From assembly GCA_051294375.1 (NCBI GenBank), contig CM119268.1:9739296-9803295 (forward strand): 64,000 bases of DNA. The letters are read 5' to 3'. Position 1 is the stretch's first letter. Each line of letters starts with the position of its first letter. This document shows positions 11,630-26,260 of the stretch, one piece after another. Under the pieces are notes generated by a model. It was not told where the DNA came from, searched no databases, and worked only from the letters and a program-made list of their open reading frames with translations. A program made the position numbers and the translations under genes. The stretch comes from Paraspadella gotoi. Its lineage: Eukaryota; Animalia; Chaetognatha.

Positions 11630-14600
11630 ATGACGGATCTCGAAGATTTCCTCTCTTCGGCGTGCGGCCCCATCAACGGATACGACGTCAACTTTAACTT
11701 CACAATATGGAACGAAGAGACGAAAGACTTCGGCCGATGCTTCGAGGATCTCGTCGTGGTGACGGTCCCATCGGCGGCCCTACTCTTCTCTGCGATTTCG
11801 ACATGTTGCGTCTCGAGCCGTCCCCTCCCCGCCAAGACTAGATTCCGTCTAGTCTCCCGTCACGTCCTCGCGTCACTATTGACTTTCACTCTCCCAGTCT
11901 CGCTTGTCGTGGCTTACGCCGTCGGAGGGACGGGGGCGCTGACGTGGGCCAAGTTGTTGACTTACTGCGGATGCGGCGTCGCTTGGGCCTCGTCGATCGT
12001 CAATGTCCGCCGTCGATCATGCATTGGCCTCTCGTACTTCAGCTATTTTCTACATTTAATCTCTGCGGTGATTCTACTTCGCTCTTCGGGACTCACGTTG
12101 ACCGATGCTTCGACGAGCGATAACGAAAAGCTTTTCGCGGGATTTCTAATGGCGTACGGGATTTTGGTGATCATTTATCTCGCGTGCGCGATCAACGACG
12201 CGCGCGGAAAAAGTGCCGGAGAGTCGACGGCATTGTTGGCATCCGGTGCACGACGACGAGGTTATTCTACCCTGAGAGACGACGAGTCATCATCATCTTC
12301 GACGCTTTCATCAGCGGAAGACGCCACGATTTGCTCCCGCGCAACCTTTGGATGGGTTTATCCCCTTCTCAAACGCGGGGGAGACATCCATACTCTTAAA
12401 GACCTCATGCCTCTTCCCGAAAACGTCGACCTTGTAGACATGGATTCCACTGTTATGAGGGAGTTCGAGAAGGAAAGAAAAAAGATACTGTTGGTGTCTG
12501 TTCCTTCGGACGACGCAAACCATCGGTCGAGTCGCTTTAGTTCCACGCCAAATCTTTTCCGCGTCTTCTTCCGACTCTTTGGCTTGGAGTTTTGCTTGCT
12601 GGGCGGTCTCCGTCTTCTTAGTTATTGCCTTATACAATTACTTGGGCCACTGGCGCAAAACCTGCTTCTTACGTGGATGCAAGATGGGCCCGAAGAAACA
12701 GAAGATACCACAACTTCCTCCTCCCTCACGGGCTATGGACTTGCAATGTTCCTGTGTATCAGCGAATTCGCCAACAGCTTCGCGTTCACTCATTACGAAT
12801 ATTTGATTCGCAAGCTCAGTGTTAAAGTGCGGAGCGCGACTGCAATTTTGATTTTTCGAAAAATATTTCTCCTCAAAACGCCATCGCGATCAAAATTTTC
12901 GAGCGGGACGACTCTCAACTTGATATCAACAGATGCAAATAGATTAGAAAACGCTGTCTACTGTTTTCACGACCTGTGGATTACACCGCTGCTGATCTTG
13001 CAAGTTTTTTACTTTATGTATGCGTTGCTAGGCTGGAGCTTTTTGTCCTGCGTCGGCTATGTTTTATTGGCCGCGCCCCTCGGGCATTTCATGGGAAAAG
13101 GGTGGTACAAATACGGAGACAAACAAATGTCGCAGATGGACAAGCGTGTAAAAACGGTCAGAGAAGTTTTAAACGGGGTTAAAGTCATCAAGTTTCAGTC
13201 TTGGGAAGCGGCCTTCCATCGTAAAATCAGCTCCATACGAAATCAAGAGTTGCATTTCCTGCGTTGTTGCAAAGTCTACGACGGGTGCGCTTTCGTCTTC
13301 TTCAACATTACCCCGTCCGTGATGACCGTGTTGGCGATACTCACCTATTCTCTCCTGGGCGGCCAGCTCACCGCGGCCACGGTGTTCACCACAATGTCGC
13401 TGATTTACACTCTGGTCGGACCCTTGATCATGATTCCCATCTTTGTCGGTGAATTTATCGAAGCCAAAGTTTCTTTCGATCGAATAAAAAAGTACCTTAA
13501 CTTGTTGGAGGAAGAACAAAACGACGAGCCTCCAAATGAAGGACTCGTAAAAATCGAGGACGCCGACTACTCATGGGGCATCGACGATGGCGTCGATTAC
13601 GGGGAAGAAGAGCAAAAACCCGACGAACAAAGGTCTGAAGAACAACCCGTAGACTATGCTTGTCAAACATTCCAAGAGAATGAAAAGCCAGTCATCTTAA
13701 ATGTTTCGTTCTCCTTAAAGCCCGGTGAATTGATAGGGGTGGTCGGAATTGTTGGAAGCGGAAAAAGCTCTCTTCTTTCTGCCCTTCTTGGTGATCTAAC
13801 TCTGACCCGCGGTCGAGCCCGGACCAGTATTTCCTGGCGAAAAGAGTCCGTCTGCTTCTTGCCGCAAGAATCCTGGCTTCAGCAAGTCTCCATCAAAGAA
13901 AACGTTCTGTTCGGGCGACCGATGGAGGATGAGTGGTTCGCAAAAGTGCTTAGGGCTTGCCAGCTGGATGCAGACGTCGCAGATTTCCCCAGCGGCGTTG
14001 AGACTGAAGTTGGGGAGAACGGCGTGACTCTGAGCGGAGGCCAAAAAGCTCGCGTGGCTCTGGCGCGAGCGGTATACGCGAATGCCGACATTTACGTCAT
14101 CGACGATCCCTTCGCGGCCGTCGATCCTGCCGTCGCTGACAAGATGTTCCAACAATGTGTCAACGGGGTGCTGCGGAAGAAAACGAGGATAATTTGCACG
14201 CATCACAAAAAGTTTCTCCAAACGGCGAATAAAATTATCGTAATGAAGAATGGTAAAGTTTTCAAAGTCGGAGACCCAGAGACAATTTTTAAAGACGAGA
14301 TTATGGATAAAGTCGAATCCTCCAACCGCGAGAGAATAAAGAGTTTGGAGGATCAACCCAAAACTACCGACAACGAAAAGGACAAACTTGTCGAAGATGA
14401 ACAAAAGATGGAAGGAGTCGTTGACCCTAAGGTCTACTGGACCTACCTTTCGTATACTGGGACTAAGGTAGGCGTGTTCATCATCGTCGCCATTTTGCTT
14501 ATGTTCTCTTTCCACAACGGCATGGACGTATGGATGACCGTGTGGGTTCAAAACTCGCACAAACATCCTAACACCACCATCAACAACGCTACTACTTACG

Positions 14601-16180
14601 ACAATACTTACAATATGACTGATTCTCCCTGGATTCCTCTACGCGAAGCCTCCGACAATTTGCCATTTTACCTCGGCATTTATTGCACGTTCTTCCTTGG
14701 TCAGTTCGCACTGTCATGCGCTAATACATTCGTCTTTATCCGGGCCGGGATCGAATCAGCCCGCGCAATTCACGAGTCGCTTCTCGGTAGAATCTTGGCG
14801 GCGCCGTTGAGCTTCTTCACGACGACGCCAATCGGACGAATCATCAACCGCTTTTCTAGCGATCTGGAGGACATTGACAACCACCTTGCCAATTGCGTCA
14901 GCGTCCTCCTCCAGGACACCGCGAATTTACTGCTAAATCTCGTTGTTATCTGCTACGGTTTTCCCTGGTTCATCGTCGTTCTCGTTCCTTCTTTCGCGCT
15001 ATACTTCATGGTGCAGAGATTTTTCCGCAAAACGTCGCGCGAGGTGAAGAGGATCGAGTCCATTTCCAAGTCGCCCATATTCTCTCACTTCTCGGACTGT
15101 TTGAAAGGCGTCACCGTTGTTCAAGCAATGAAGGAGAACGAACGGTTCGTCCGCACGGGTATCGAGCTCGTAAGCGCGAAAGCCCGCGCTGAATTGAACG
15201 CCTACGCCGTGACCGGATGGCTTGGATTTTGGATGGGCGCCCTCGCCTTCATGGTCATCATGGGCGTCGCTCTCATCGCCGTCATTCAGCACCAGCTGGG
15301 AATGATTGCCACTGGTTTCGCCGGTCTCGCCATAACCTATGCCCTCCAGATCAGCTGGATGGCCAACTCCATCATCGAGCAGTTTACCAACGTGGAGAAG
15401 ATGATGGTCGGCGTCGAGAGGATCCTCGAATACTCAAGGGAGACTCCCTTGGAAGAGCAAGAGACGCCAAAGGCGGAGCCGCGAGACGAGTGGCCCGAAA
15501 AAGGTGTCGTCTCTTTCGAAGGCGTCGTCATGCGTTACCGTCCAGATTTGGACCCCGCCCTCAACGGTCTTTCCTTTTCGACGATGCCGGCCGAGAAGAT
15601 CGGCATCATTGGTCGGACGGGAAGCGGAAAGAGCTCGGTTTTCAACGCCCTCTTCCGTATTGAAAATTTGGAGGGCGGTCGTATCCTGGTCGACGGCGAA
15701 GACGTCTCCCGCTTCGGCCGCCACGCTCTGCGAACGCGACTCGCCATCATCCCGCAGGACCCTTACATATTTAGCGGGACCGTGCGTGAAAATCTAGACG
15801 TGGACGAGGCGTTGGAAGACTCAGACCTTTGGCAGGTTTTGGAAAAGTGCCACCTTAAAGAAAAGGCAGCCCAGCTCGGAGGACTCGACGCCGAAGTGCC
15901 GGAGGGGGGGACCTGCTTCTCTGTGGGGCAAAAGCAGTTGTTCTGCTTGGCACGAGCCATCGCCAAGAAGAGCAAGATTTTATGTATCGACGAGGCGACT
16001 GCAAACGTCGACTTTGACACGGACAAAAAGATTCAGGACACGATAAGGACAGAGTTCCGAACATGTACCGTTTTGACTATCGCACATCGAACGGAAACTT
16101 TAGCGGACAGCAACCGAATTCTGGAAATTTCCAGAGGAAGATTAAAAAACTTTTCTCCTCCGATGATTAAAATTAAGTAA
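11630..16180 (+). CDS. ABC transporter subfamily C, ABCC10/MRP7-like, single exon (1516 aa)
   Basis: TMD0-TMD1-NBD1-TMD2-NBD2 layout. Walker A GIVGSGKSS and GRTGSGKSS; signatures VGENGVTLSGGQKARVALARAVY and FSVGQKQLFCLARA; Walker B IYVIDD and ILCIDEATA; H-loop IAHR. VIQHQ and ICYGFPW segments are typical of ABCC10. Confidence 0.95.
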   Translation: MTDLEDFLSSACGPINGYDVNFNFTIWNEETKDFGRCFEDLVVVTVPSAALLFSAISTCCVSSRPLPAKTRFRLVSRHVLASLLTFTLPVSLVVAYAVGGTGALTWAKLLTYCGCGVAWASSIVNVRRRSCIGLSYFSYFLHLISAVILLRSSGLTLTDASTSDNEKLFAGFLMAYGILVIIYLACAINDARGKSAGESTALLASGARRRGYSTLRDDESSSSSTLSSAEDATICSRATFGWVYPLLKRGGDIHTLKDLMPLPENVDLVDMDSTVMREFEKERKKILLVSVPSDDANHRSSRFSSTPNLFRVFFRLFGLEFCLLGGLRLLSYCLIQLLGPLAQNLLLTWMQDGPEETEDTTTSSSLTGYGLAMFLCISEFANSFAFTHYEYLIRKLSVKVRSATAILIFRKIFLLKTPSRSKFSSGTTLNLISTDANRLENAVYCFHDLWITPLLILQVFYFMYALLGWSFLSCVGYVLLAAPLGHFMGKGWYKYGDKQMSQMDKRVKTVREVLNGVKVIKFQSWEAAFHRKISSIRNQELHFLRCCKVYDGCAFVFFNITPSVMTVLAILTYSLLGGQLTAATVFTTMSLIYTLVGPLIMIPIFVGEFIEAKVSFDRIKKYLNLLEEEQNDEPPNEGLVKIEDADYSWGIDDGVDYGEEEQKPDEQRSEEQPVDYACQTFQENEKPVILNVSFSLKPGELIGVVGIVGSGKSSLLSALLGDLTLTRGRARTSISWRKESVCFLPQESWLQQVSIKENVLFGRPMEDEWFAKVLRACQLDADVADFPSGVETEVGENGVTLSGGQKARVALARAVYANADIYVIDDPFAAVDPAVADKMFQQCVNGVLRKKTRIICTHHKKFLQTANKIIVMKNGKVFKVGDPETIFKDEIMDKVESSNRERIKSLEDQPKTTDNEKDKLVEDEQKMEGVVDPKVYWTYLSYTGTKVGVFIIVAILLMFSFHNGMDVWMTVWVQNSHKHPNTTINNATTYDNTYNMTDSPWIPLREASDNLPFYLGIYCTFFLGQFALSCANTFVFIRAGIESARAIHESLLGRILAAPLSFFTTTPIGRIINRFSSDLEDIDNHLANCVSVLLQDTANLLLNLVVICYGFPWFIVVLVPSFALYFMVQRFFRKTSREVKRIESISKSPIFSHFSDCLKGVTVVQAMKENERFVRTGIELVSAKARAELNAYAVTGWLGFWMGALAFMVIMGVALIAVIQHQLGMIATGFAGLAITYALQISWMANSIIEQFTNVEKMMVGVERILEYSRETPLEEQETPKAEPRDEWPEKGVVSFEGVVMRYRPDLDPALNGLSFSTMPAEKIGIIGRTGSGKSSVFNALFRIENLEGGRILVDGEDVSRFGRHALRTRLAIIPQDPYIFSGTVRENLDVDEALEDSDLWQVLEKCHLKEKAAQLGGLDAEVPEGGTCFSVGQKQLFCLARAIAKKSKILCIDEATANVDFDTDKKIQDTIRTEFRTCTVLTIAHRTETLADSNRILEISRGRLKNFSPPMIKIK

Positions 16181-17671
16181 TAATAATAATGTAATAATGT
16201 AATAGTTAAACTTTGTTTCCAGCGACAGTACAAATTGATTTTGTAAAAATTTTAATTACTTAAAAAAATGAAATAGCCAGTTAGGTGAGACAGTGATTGT
16301 ATTTTTTGTAAAAATGACACTATGAAAAGCTACCGCTGCAAAAAGTAGGATCACAATTTTTCTTTATACGATTCAATCTTTAGAATCTGTACAATATATG
16401 CGGGACTAAGATATGACGAAATATAAAATAAAACGTAAGCCGGTAAGGCAATTTTATACATAGCCGCAAATATTAACAGTTTAAATATGCTTATCGGAAA
16501 ATTGATCCAAGATTTATTTGACAAAACTATTTATAAATTTCATTAATTATTTACTACTCTCAAATAAAATATTAATGAATCAAAAAAAGTTACATTATCT
16601 AATTTGGAATTTCACATAGATAATAAAATTAGAATTAATAAAAATATCATGCATAACTGATTTGTTTAACAAAATTCATTTGCTGCGGAATAAATATTCA
16701 AGCGATTTTACAAGAATAGATTATTATTATGCACTAAGTGCAGATTATTTCCCAAACATTAAATATTTTATTCAGAAGACCCAAGAAAAAAAATTTAAAA
16801 ATGAATAAATCAAGCCGCCGTCTTTTGTCCGTGTTTTCGCTCTTTTGATTTTAGGCTATGACATTGACATTGACAATTCAATATGACTGTAATTTGCCAA
16901 GGCTTAAATGGACTCGATTTTATGTTTGAATTCATTGGGAAAATTCATAGAGAGAATAATTTAATTAAGGTTTATGGATAAAAATTTGTTTATTTGGTGA
17001 ATGAGGTTCTCTCCTTATTCCTGGGCCCCCGGAGAATAGACAGGTTTATTAAACTATTTAATCATCTACTTTTAATATATTAAATGGAATTTGTTATATT
17101 AAAGATTTACAGTAAAACACTTTTTTTAAATTTTAAACAATCGATATATCTTTTAACATGTGGTGGGGTGACAGTGGAGATCGGTTATTATCAAGATAAA
17201 GTTGCAAACAAGATATCATTAAACTGTACATAAAAATATATTACTGGAAAATTAAACTATACCCGAAGGACTTTGGCAAATTAAATTCATGAATATCATT
17301 TTAAACGACCTCCACTGTAACAGTTGGTTTCAGCATAAAATTTCGATCTGGAAGACCTCTCGTTAGATCGTGGCAAGTTGTCTTGATTACACGGCATTAC
17401 GAGAGGGCAAATATATAACTATTCAACAAGAAAATTGCTAGGGTAAGAGAAGAGGTTTGCGCTTTGTAAGACGTGCATGGATCACTAATACTTCCTTAAA
17501 TGTATTGTTTTAGGAGCTTGTATTTTTTCGTCGAAAATTCGAAGCACCATCAAAACAATTTGTCCGAAAATTAGTAACCACTACTTGATAGGGAGGGGGA
17601 AACCAAGGGAGAAAGAGATAAGGGGGGGGGGTATTTTTTAAGATGGCTTGGAAGTCGATAACAGATGAACA

Positions 17672-19420
<1,749 letters not shown>

Positions 19421-19602
19421 TGGTTAAAACCGGCAAATACATAAATAAAGCGATATATTCTGATATCAGAACATAAACCATAACTAAAAACAACAAAAAA
19501 GTACACATTGACGAGATTTGGTACCCAACAGATAAAATTATAACGTTTCAGTTGAGAAAACTAATTCTCCTAGAAATTCTAAAGAGACATGGGTCGGGCA
19601 TC

Positions 19603-22027
19603 TCACTCTTTCCCCAGTGCAGTTTTCATTCTTTTGATAACTTGGAGGCAATTTCCTTTTTTGCGTTGCAACTCTTCAATATGTCGGTCGCAGACCGACT
19701 CCTGCTCATCCAGTTTGGCGATGATGCTCATCAACGCTGACTCGCCCACAACCGCGAATTCGGAAGACCTAACGAAATCTGCCGCCAACTGGGACCCGAT
19801 ATTCGAAACGTATTCCGACATTGTTAAGACGCCTTCTTTGAAAAAAAAATTAAGTCACTACCACTAATGAAATAATTCATACTTGTGAGTGTAATTCATT
19901 ACTTGTGAGTGTGATGTGAAAATGATAAAATTTTAGAAAATTAAAATTTAACATATAAAATATAAAAATAAAAACCAATAAAAATACTTTGGTAAATTTA
20001 TTTTTTAATTTTATACATTAGTGGGCACCAGTGAGCTATATTTATATATAGTAATAAGTATATAATAAGCTAAAATTTCAAATAGCAAATTTCTAAATTT
20101 TAAGATCGGATTTGGATTCCTTGCAAAAAGTTGATATAAGAAAGTATAATTCTTTTTTAAAAATTCTTTCAATAGGTTGGTTAAAAATGTAAAAAACTAT
20201 ATTTAAGATATCGATTTTCAATTTCGAACTTAAAAATATTTTTTTAAATAATTTTAACCTACTTATGATGAGTTTATGTCCAACACTTAATGACCTAATT
20301 TTTGAAAAAGATTTATGAAATTGGTACAACCAATATAAAAATTAAAAATTATATTTTCTTTTATCAACTTTTAACGCGGAATCTGAATCTGTTCTCAGAA
20401 GTTAAAAAAAAATATTTTGAAATTTTGACATTATATAAGGGTAGTAATATATACAAAATAAGTTGACTGGGCTACTATATTTGTAAAAAAAGAAAAATAA
20501 TTATAGATTAATATTCATTAATATGATAGTTTTCAAGATATAACTGCTATATTTTGATTCCAAACTTTCACTTCACCCTATTGTTCAGTGTACCAAAAGG
20601 AATCTTACCAATTACTATTACCTTCAGTAGAGGATATCCTTGCACGTTTGGCTTCCCCTGAGCCCCCGGATATTTCGACTAACAACCGCTGCTGCTCAGC
20701 TTCTTTCGCATCTCTTTTAGAATTCGTCACTCCGTGATCAGAAAGGCTCCCATTTGATCCGTTGCTTTTCAAATTCCGAGATTTCGGCTCTGCCGGCTTG
20801 TTAGAGGACCCCATCGCCGGGAGAACTTCGAGGGCTTGACGGGCCTTTCCGAGAGCGGCGCCGCGTTGCAAATTTCTTTTTATTTCACCCGACGAAGTTA
20901 GGGGAGAATGCAAGCGCGGACGAGATGAAGTTTTATCACCCCGAGAGGTTGTATTTTTAGCAAAAGAGGAGTTGAAAGAGACGCGTTTGAAGGGTGCTTT
21001 AGACTAAAAAAACAAAAAAACATTTTGTAATACAATATACATTATACAATTTGGCGTTCGTTACTCTCTGATCGTTTCACCTGGTCGGGTTCAATATCAT
21101 TCTCGACAGTTTTGTTCCCGATCCTTTTTTCGGAAAAATCAAAAGGCGACCTTGGACTGTTTCGCCTGTTAATTTCCGAACCCGTTCGTGGGCCGTTTCT
21201 GTCTGTCAAACTCGGATTAGGAAGGAAGGAATTGAAGCCACGCGGAGATTTGTAGGGCGAGGCGCGGGAAATTGATGCGGTGTGGTTCGTCTAAGAAAGA
21301 AAAGAATAAAACATGCTATATTTGGGAAGTGAGAAATACGTAATTTGTGCATGCTGCAATTAAGCCTTAAATCACTAACATTGGTCTCATCTCGATTTTC
21401 AATGACAGAAAGCAGAGTCTCCTCGCGGACTGGGTTTTTTCCGCCAACTTTTGAGACTTTGGTCGAGTTCGATTCTGGAATTTCCGAATCCTTCGTCGCA
21501 TGCTCATCCTGGCCCGTCGCTTCTGCGTTGTCATCAAATTGTGCCGCGGTAGACGCCTCGAAACTAAGCGCAAAAGATCAACAGAATAGGCAGTAGATTT
21601 TTTCACTTTTATAAATGTCTCAATATATTGCCATATTATCATTAAAAACTATTAAAAGAGCAAATTTATTAACCTAAATTCGAAATTGGGTTCTGTTTCG
21701 TCAACGGCCATGAGAGATCCGAATGTCAGGGGATTCTCCTCCAGAGCCTCTTGGCCGTTCGCCACTTCGTCTGATCCGTATAGGGATCCGCGACAAACTG
21801 GCCAAAAATATAAGTATAGCAACGCTAAAAGAATTTAAGAAATATATTCTTTCTCGAGGCATTAATTTAATTAATTAATTAATTAATTTAATACTCCTAT
21901 TTCGACCTTCGGTGTCGGCGCCATCTTTAGCCGCAAATAACCAAGCGTCGTCGTTTCCGGCGGAGCAGACGTCCCGCCCGAGGTCGCACCCTTCGCCAAC
22001 GTCCAACAAAAAGTCGTCGGCTGACAT
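19603..22027 (-). CDS. Unknown multi-exon protein, S/R/P-rich middle and C-terminal coiled coil
   Basis: GC-richer blocks with GT/AG borders (~21907-22027, 21674-21797, 21368-21565, 21081-21291, 20622-21004, 19603-19832). Starts MSADDFLLDVGEG and ends IIAKLDEQESVCDRHIEELQRKKGNCLQVIKRMKTALGKE*. No family recognised. Confidence 0.7.
20095..20400. repeat. Dispersed AT-rich repeat family (MITE-like), copy 1
   Basis: ttttaagatcggatt...cttg(c/g)aaaaagttg...aaagtat(a/t)attctttttt recurs at ~30298, ~38215 and ~40767. Confidence 0.55.
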
Positions 22028-22288
22028 TTTGCGTTCAATGTTTGATAAAACAGTTTTAAATTTCACACTGAGCTGCGCCTGTCGCAAAAAAAATTAAACA
22101 GAACGAAGCGATAATGCGAATCACGGAACAAAACCTTGTAAGAAATCATTCAAGTTTTCGTCCAATTTAGCTCTTGACGCCGATCTGTGCAACAATAATC
22201 TAACTGAGAGACGGAATGTTTTTTTTTTCCAAAACAAAACTGACGTGACGTAAAAACTAATTGAAAAAATGAATTGATCATTTCTTCG

Positions 22289-23633
22289 CTAAATCTCCCA
22301 TTTTTCAAGGTTTGTATGGCGGAGGCCTCGACGCATATGAGGGAGGCCCGTGGAAATCATCGTGTTCCGCTGGAGGTGCATGGTTGGAAGGATGAAAGCG
22401 TACTTCGACCTCCTCGTCAAAATCCTCAACGTCCTCATCGCCGATCTGACAGTCGCGGCAGTATTCGCAGCGCCACCAGCAGGCTCTGAAAATTTACATA
22501 AATTAAAACTACAAACTCGACAACCTGATGGCATATTATTTAGAAATTAAATCGGAAATAACATAGCCACATATTCGAACCTGGCGCGATTGATGACGGT
22601 GCTGACGAGAATCACAGACACAAAAGAGATGAAGAATTCGGTAATGGCGAGGAAGGTCATACAACCAAAGGGAACCTGGTAGGACTCACGGCGCTCGAAC
22701 CGTTCCACGCATCGAAAGTTGGAAAAGACACGAATTTCGGCGAAATAGGTCGTGTAGAAGGAAAGAATGTAGCAGCATACGAGACCAGCCGCCACAGAAG
22801 TACATAGAAAATTGATGACCCGGACTTTCGTCTGCTGCTCGTCGGAAACAAATAAATGTAAGTTGAACAAAAAAACCTGAAAAATCAGAAGAAACCTGAA
22901 GCAGGAGAGCGATTCCACAGCAGCCAGTAAGAAAAGATAACAGCGCGCACATGTACCCGTACGTGTTAAGAGAACGTAGCCATAGATAATCAGACTGTAT
23001 GCGGATGCTTGAGAAATAGAACGTTTTTTAAATGTTCGTGTCATCACGCTAAATTCTACGATCTCATCGACTTTACCTGGTCCAGAACTGCACTAAAAAG
23101 ATGAGTACGGACAAGAAAATGTGAATCGTGGCGAGGACCTTCATGGGCTTAAGCGGAAACCTTTTACGAAGACGCTCGTCGACGAGGGCTGACTCGATCC
23201 CAAAGAGCTGCGACCGACTCGAGGTCGATCGGCGACGACGCGACGAAGGAACGCGAGGCATGATGACGGACTGACGATTTGCAATCGGGGATCACGGGGC
23301 AAATTAGAGATGAGAACGACAAAATGAACTAAGTTCTCTTCTCACCTCGGGACGATTCCGAGAGTATCGGGCAAAAACGGGGGCGTTTCTGGGATTCGAC
23401 CCGCGTACCGGAAACACGCCGGAAACGATCGAAGGCGTCCGATTTGCCGAGGGAGGCGTCGCTCGAGTAATATGGTGGCCTTCGGCGGGGATGGCGGAGT
23501 TAGGAGACGAAGGGTCGGATGTTTCACCAGTCGGTGGAGGTCTCGGCGGCAGAGGTCTCGGCGGCAACGAAGGGAGAGGAGCAAATTCCCTCGAGGCCGA
23601 GGCCGAAACAGAAACGGAAGGCTCGCCGGACAT
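22289..23633 (-). CDS. Multi-pass membrane protein, MS4A/CD20-like architecture
   Basis: Pro-rich N-terminus (PLPSLPPRPLPPRPPP), then hydrophobic segments MKVLATIHIFLSVLIFLVQF, CYLFLLAAVESLSCFRFLLIFQ, VINFLCTSVAAGLVCCYILSF and FGCMTFLAITEFFISFVSVILVS. The last resembles MS4A TM4 (LxxxEFxIS). Confidence 0.6.
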
Positions 23634-24004
23634 GATGAATGGACGTGAATAATAAGCAAAACGTTTTACAGGTATCGTGCTAATAAATTAAAAGTGAATG
23701 AAACAAAATCGGATATTTTTTTACTTTCGCTTTTCCGAAAGCGTAGAAAAGATTAAATGGCCGTCGTCATAATATTTTAATGTTCATATTTTTATTCAAA
23801 TATAAACTTCCATAAGAATTTAAGATGAGCTAACACAAACAATGAAAAAAAAACGCACTTTATCAAAATTGAAACAAAAACGATTTTTAGCTAGAGTAGA
23901 TGTCTCGACTGTCGTACGAGAAAGAAGCGTAAAACAAAGGTCAATTAAAAAGACGCAAAGCTAACGTGTCTATGACTAAGAAATAAGGAAATTTTGGTAA
24001 CAAA

Positions 24005-26014
24005 CTAAAGTGAAAGTTTGGGGTTTCGCATTTTGAGACCTCGACCGCGACTGCTCGATGAGGTCGCCTTGTCCGTCGAGTCGCCGGAACCTCGGTCGTA
24101 CAAACTCGAGGCCGACGCGGCGGTCGGAGGATAAAGAAAAGGTTTGGAGGTGGCGGAGCCAGGCCCAACGCGATGCCAAGATTCCGCCGCGCTTACGAAG
24201 TCATCGGCCGAATTGAGAGAAGCGGCGATCCTTCCGACGACCCCATCGTCAACAATATTCGATCTCGGCGAATGAGGCGAGGACGAACAAGAGGCCAATT
24301 TATTCCGACCGTCGCCGCCTCCGCCGCAGTTAGTGACGGCCTGGCGTGAGGCGTGGGCAACCTTCGTCTCGAATTTGGATAAGGACGGCAGATGTCGCTC
24401 AGTCAAATCGAATTCGTAAACCTGAAGAAAAATTTGCATTTACTACAAAATCTTGACAGATTTATAAAAAAAAAAAACTTTATTAAAAGTTTAAAGCTAA
24501 AGATGAGTGAAAAAGCAACCACCTGCGAACTTTTTATAGCGTCGAAGATAGCGAAACACCATCGATAGAGTTGACTAAGTGTGCAATCGCGGACCTCAAG
24601 TTGCTCGTGGTAGTGACATCGAATTCCAGAAACGTAGTCCCAAATCGATTGCGTTAAAACCTTTAACGAGAAAATCGTGGTGAGAGAAAACGCTATCCCA
24701 TAATGAAGACAACTTCGTCCCTAACCCTTTGAACGGAATTGCGACTGGGAACGGTGGTGACGTTCTCTGACTTAGAGTGAAGATAAAAAAGCTGAACCAA
24801 ACGTTCGAGCGGCAGCACTCTCGGCGGGAGCGCCCTTGGACTGCCCGTCGATATTTCCCCTTGAACCGCTAGATAAGAAAAACAAGCCTCCACCTGAGAG
24901 CGAAACAGAAAGAGGGCATTCTGTGCCACTTATTGAAACGAGCGAGCTATACTAAGAGAGCGACATACCATTTCTATATCGTCACTCCACGTGAAGACGA
25001 TGGGGATTCCTATGGAGTGGCCGCGCGAGAACATGTGGATCAAGTCTTCGTAGATGGCGGCGTGATCCTTGAATCGACAACGATCATCGTCGGTGAACTC
25101 AGGAATGTCGAATCTACAAATGGGGATTCGGGGGGGGGGGAAGAATCGTAAATATGACTCGTTAAAAAGGGTTTTAAGATGGCGCCTGCCTGTCGCAAAG
25201 AGGAATCTGATGACGTTGCTCGGATCTGTAACGCTCTTCGTACATGTAACCCATGGGACAGGGGCCAGGGTCGATGAAGGACTGAAAGTTTCCGACGATT
25301 CCCTTAAGGGTAAAAATTAGGTTAACAACTTTGAAATCGTTTTCAGATTAAATTAGAAGAATCTTACCTCCTTAAGAGAAAATTCAATTCCAGCCACCTC
25401 GCACGGAAGATAACCGTCTTCAGTTAGGACGAAGTATTCGAAATGCACAAGGAAAAACCTTTCGTTGATAAATTTATCGCCAGACGGCCATGTAAGCCGG
25501 AGGTTCTGCCGATGAGAAAAAACATCATCATTCTGCAAAAAATATATTTATTATTTAAACATTCCGGAAACCTTGACGTCGTCATCCAATCTGAGCAGAC
25601 GGTCAGTGCGCTCATGCTCGCGCTTTTCATAATCCCCAACCGGTTCACACTATAATAAAGTTAACAATACGTATATTGTGCGCCGAACTCAAGATTTTAT
25701 CACGCGGGAACCTGATTGTTCATCTTCTTCGATTCGGAAGATTCGTTAGCCAAACTGGAATCGTCATCAAAAGTTCGATTGATCGCCATGCCTTGACTCA
25801 TGGCTTTATAGCGTTCACGTTCTTGTGCCGAGAGAGCTTGCCATTTTGGACTAGCTATAGCGGGCATCTAAGCCCAAAACGAAAAGATGATGATTAAGTT
25901 AATAAATTAACATTACCTTCTCACCTCCGCAAACGAAGAAATTTCTTCTCCTTGAGCTTTGAGTTCCTTCATCATTTCAGTCATGAAGTACCAGAAACCA
26001 TTACGTTTCGCCAT
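24005..26014 (-). CDS. mael: Maelstrom (HMG box + MAEL domain), piRNA pathway
   Basis: MAKRNGFWYFMTEMMKELKAQG...SPKWQALSAQERERYK (HMG box). FFLVHFEYFVLTEDGYLPCEVAGIEFSLKEGIVGNFQSFIDPGPCPMGY...HQIP and RCHYHEQLEVRDCTLSQLYRWCFAIFD match the MAEL domain and its Cys/His motif. Confidence 0.92.
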
Positions 26015-26260
26015 GACTGCGTTCGCAAGACTCAGCCGAAGCGGTAAACAATTTTTGAAAGCCGTTTAGATTCTAAACAATGTTTCAACAAGGTATAACA
26101 AAAGATAACAATTGAATCCCAAAATCCGAGACTAATTCTACAATTAAACAAGGAATCACTTACAGCTATGTTAAAAATATTACTAAGGAGATGGTTTTCT
26201 TTCTGCTGTATTACGATCATATTAACCATATCGCGAAAAACAAAATGCAAAAAATCGCGT

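Noticed and set aside
12184-16064. Overlapping alternative-frame and antisense ORFs within the ABCC gene
   Set aside because: Shadow ORFs of a GC-rich coding sequence with no recognisable motifs.
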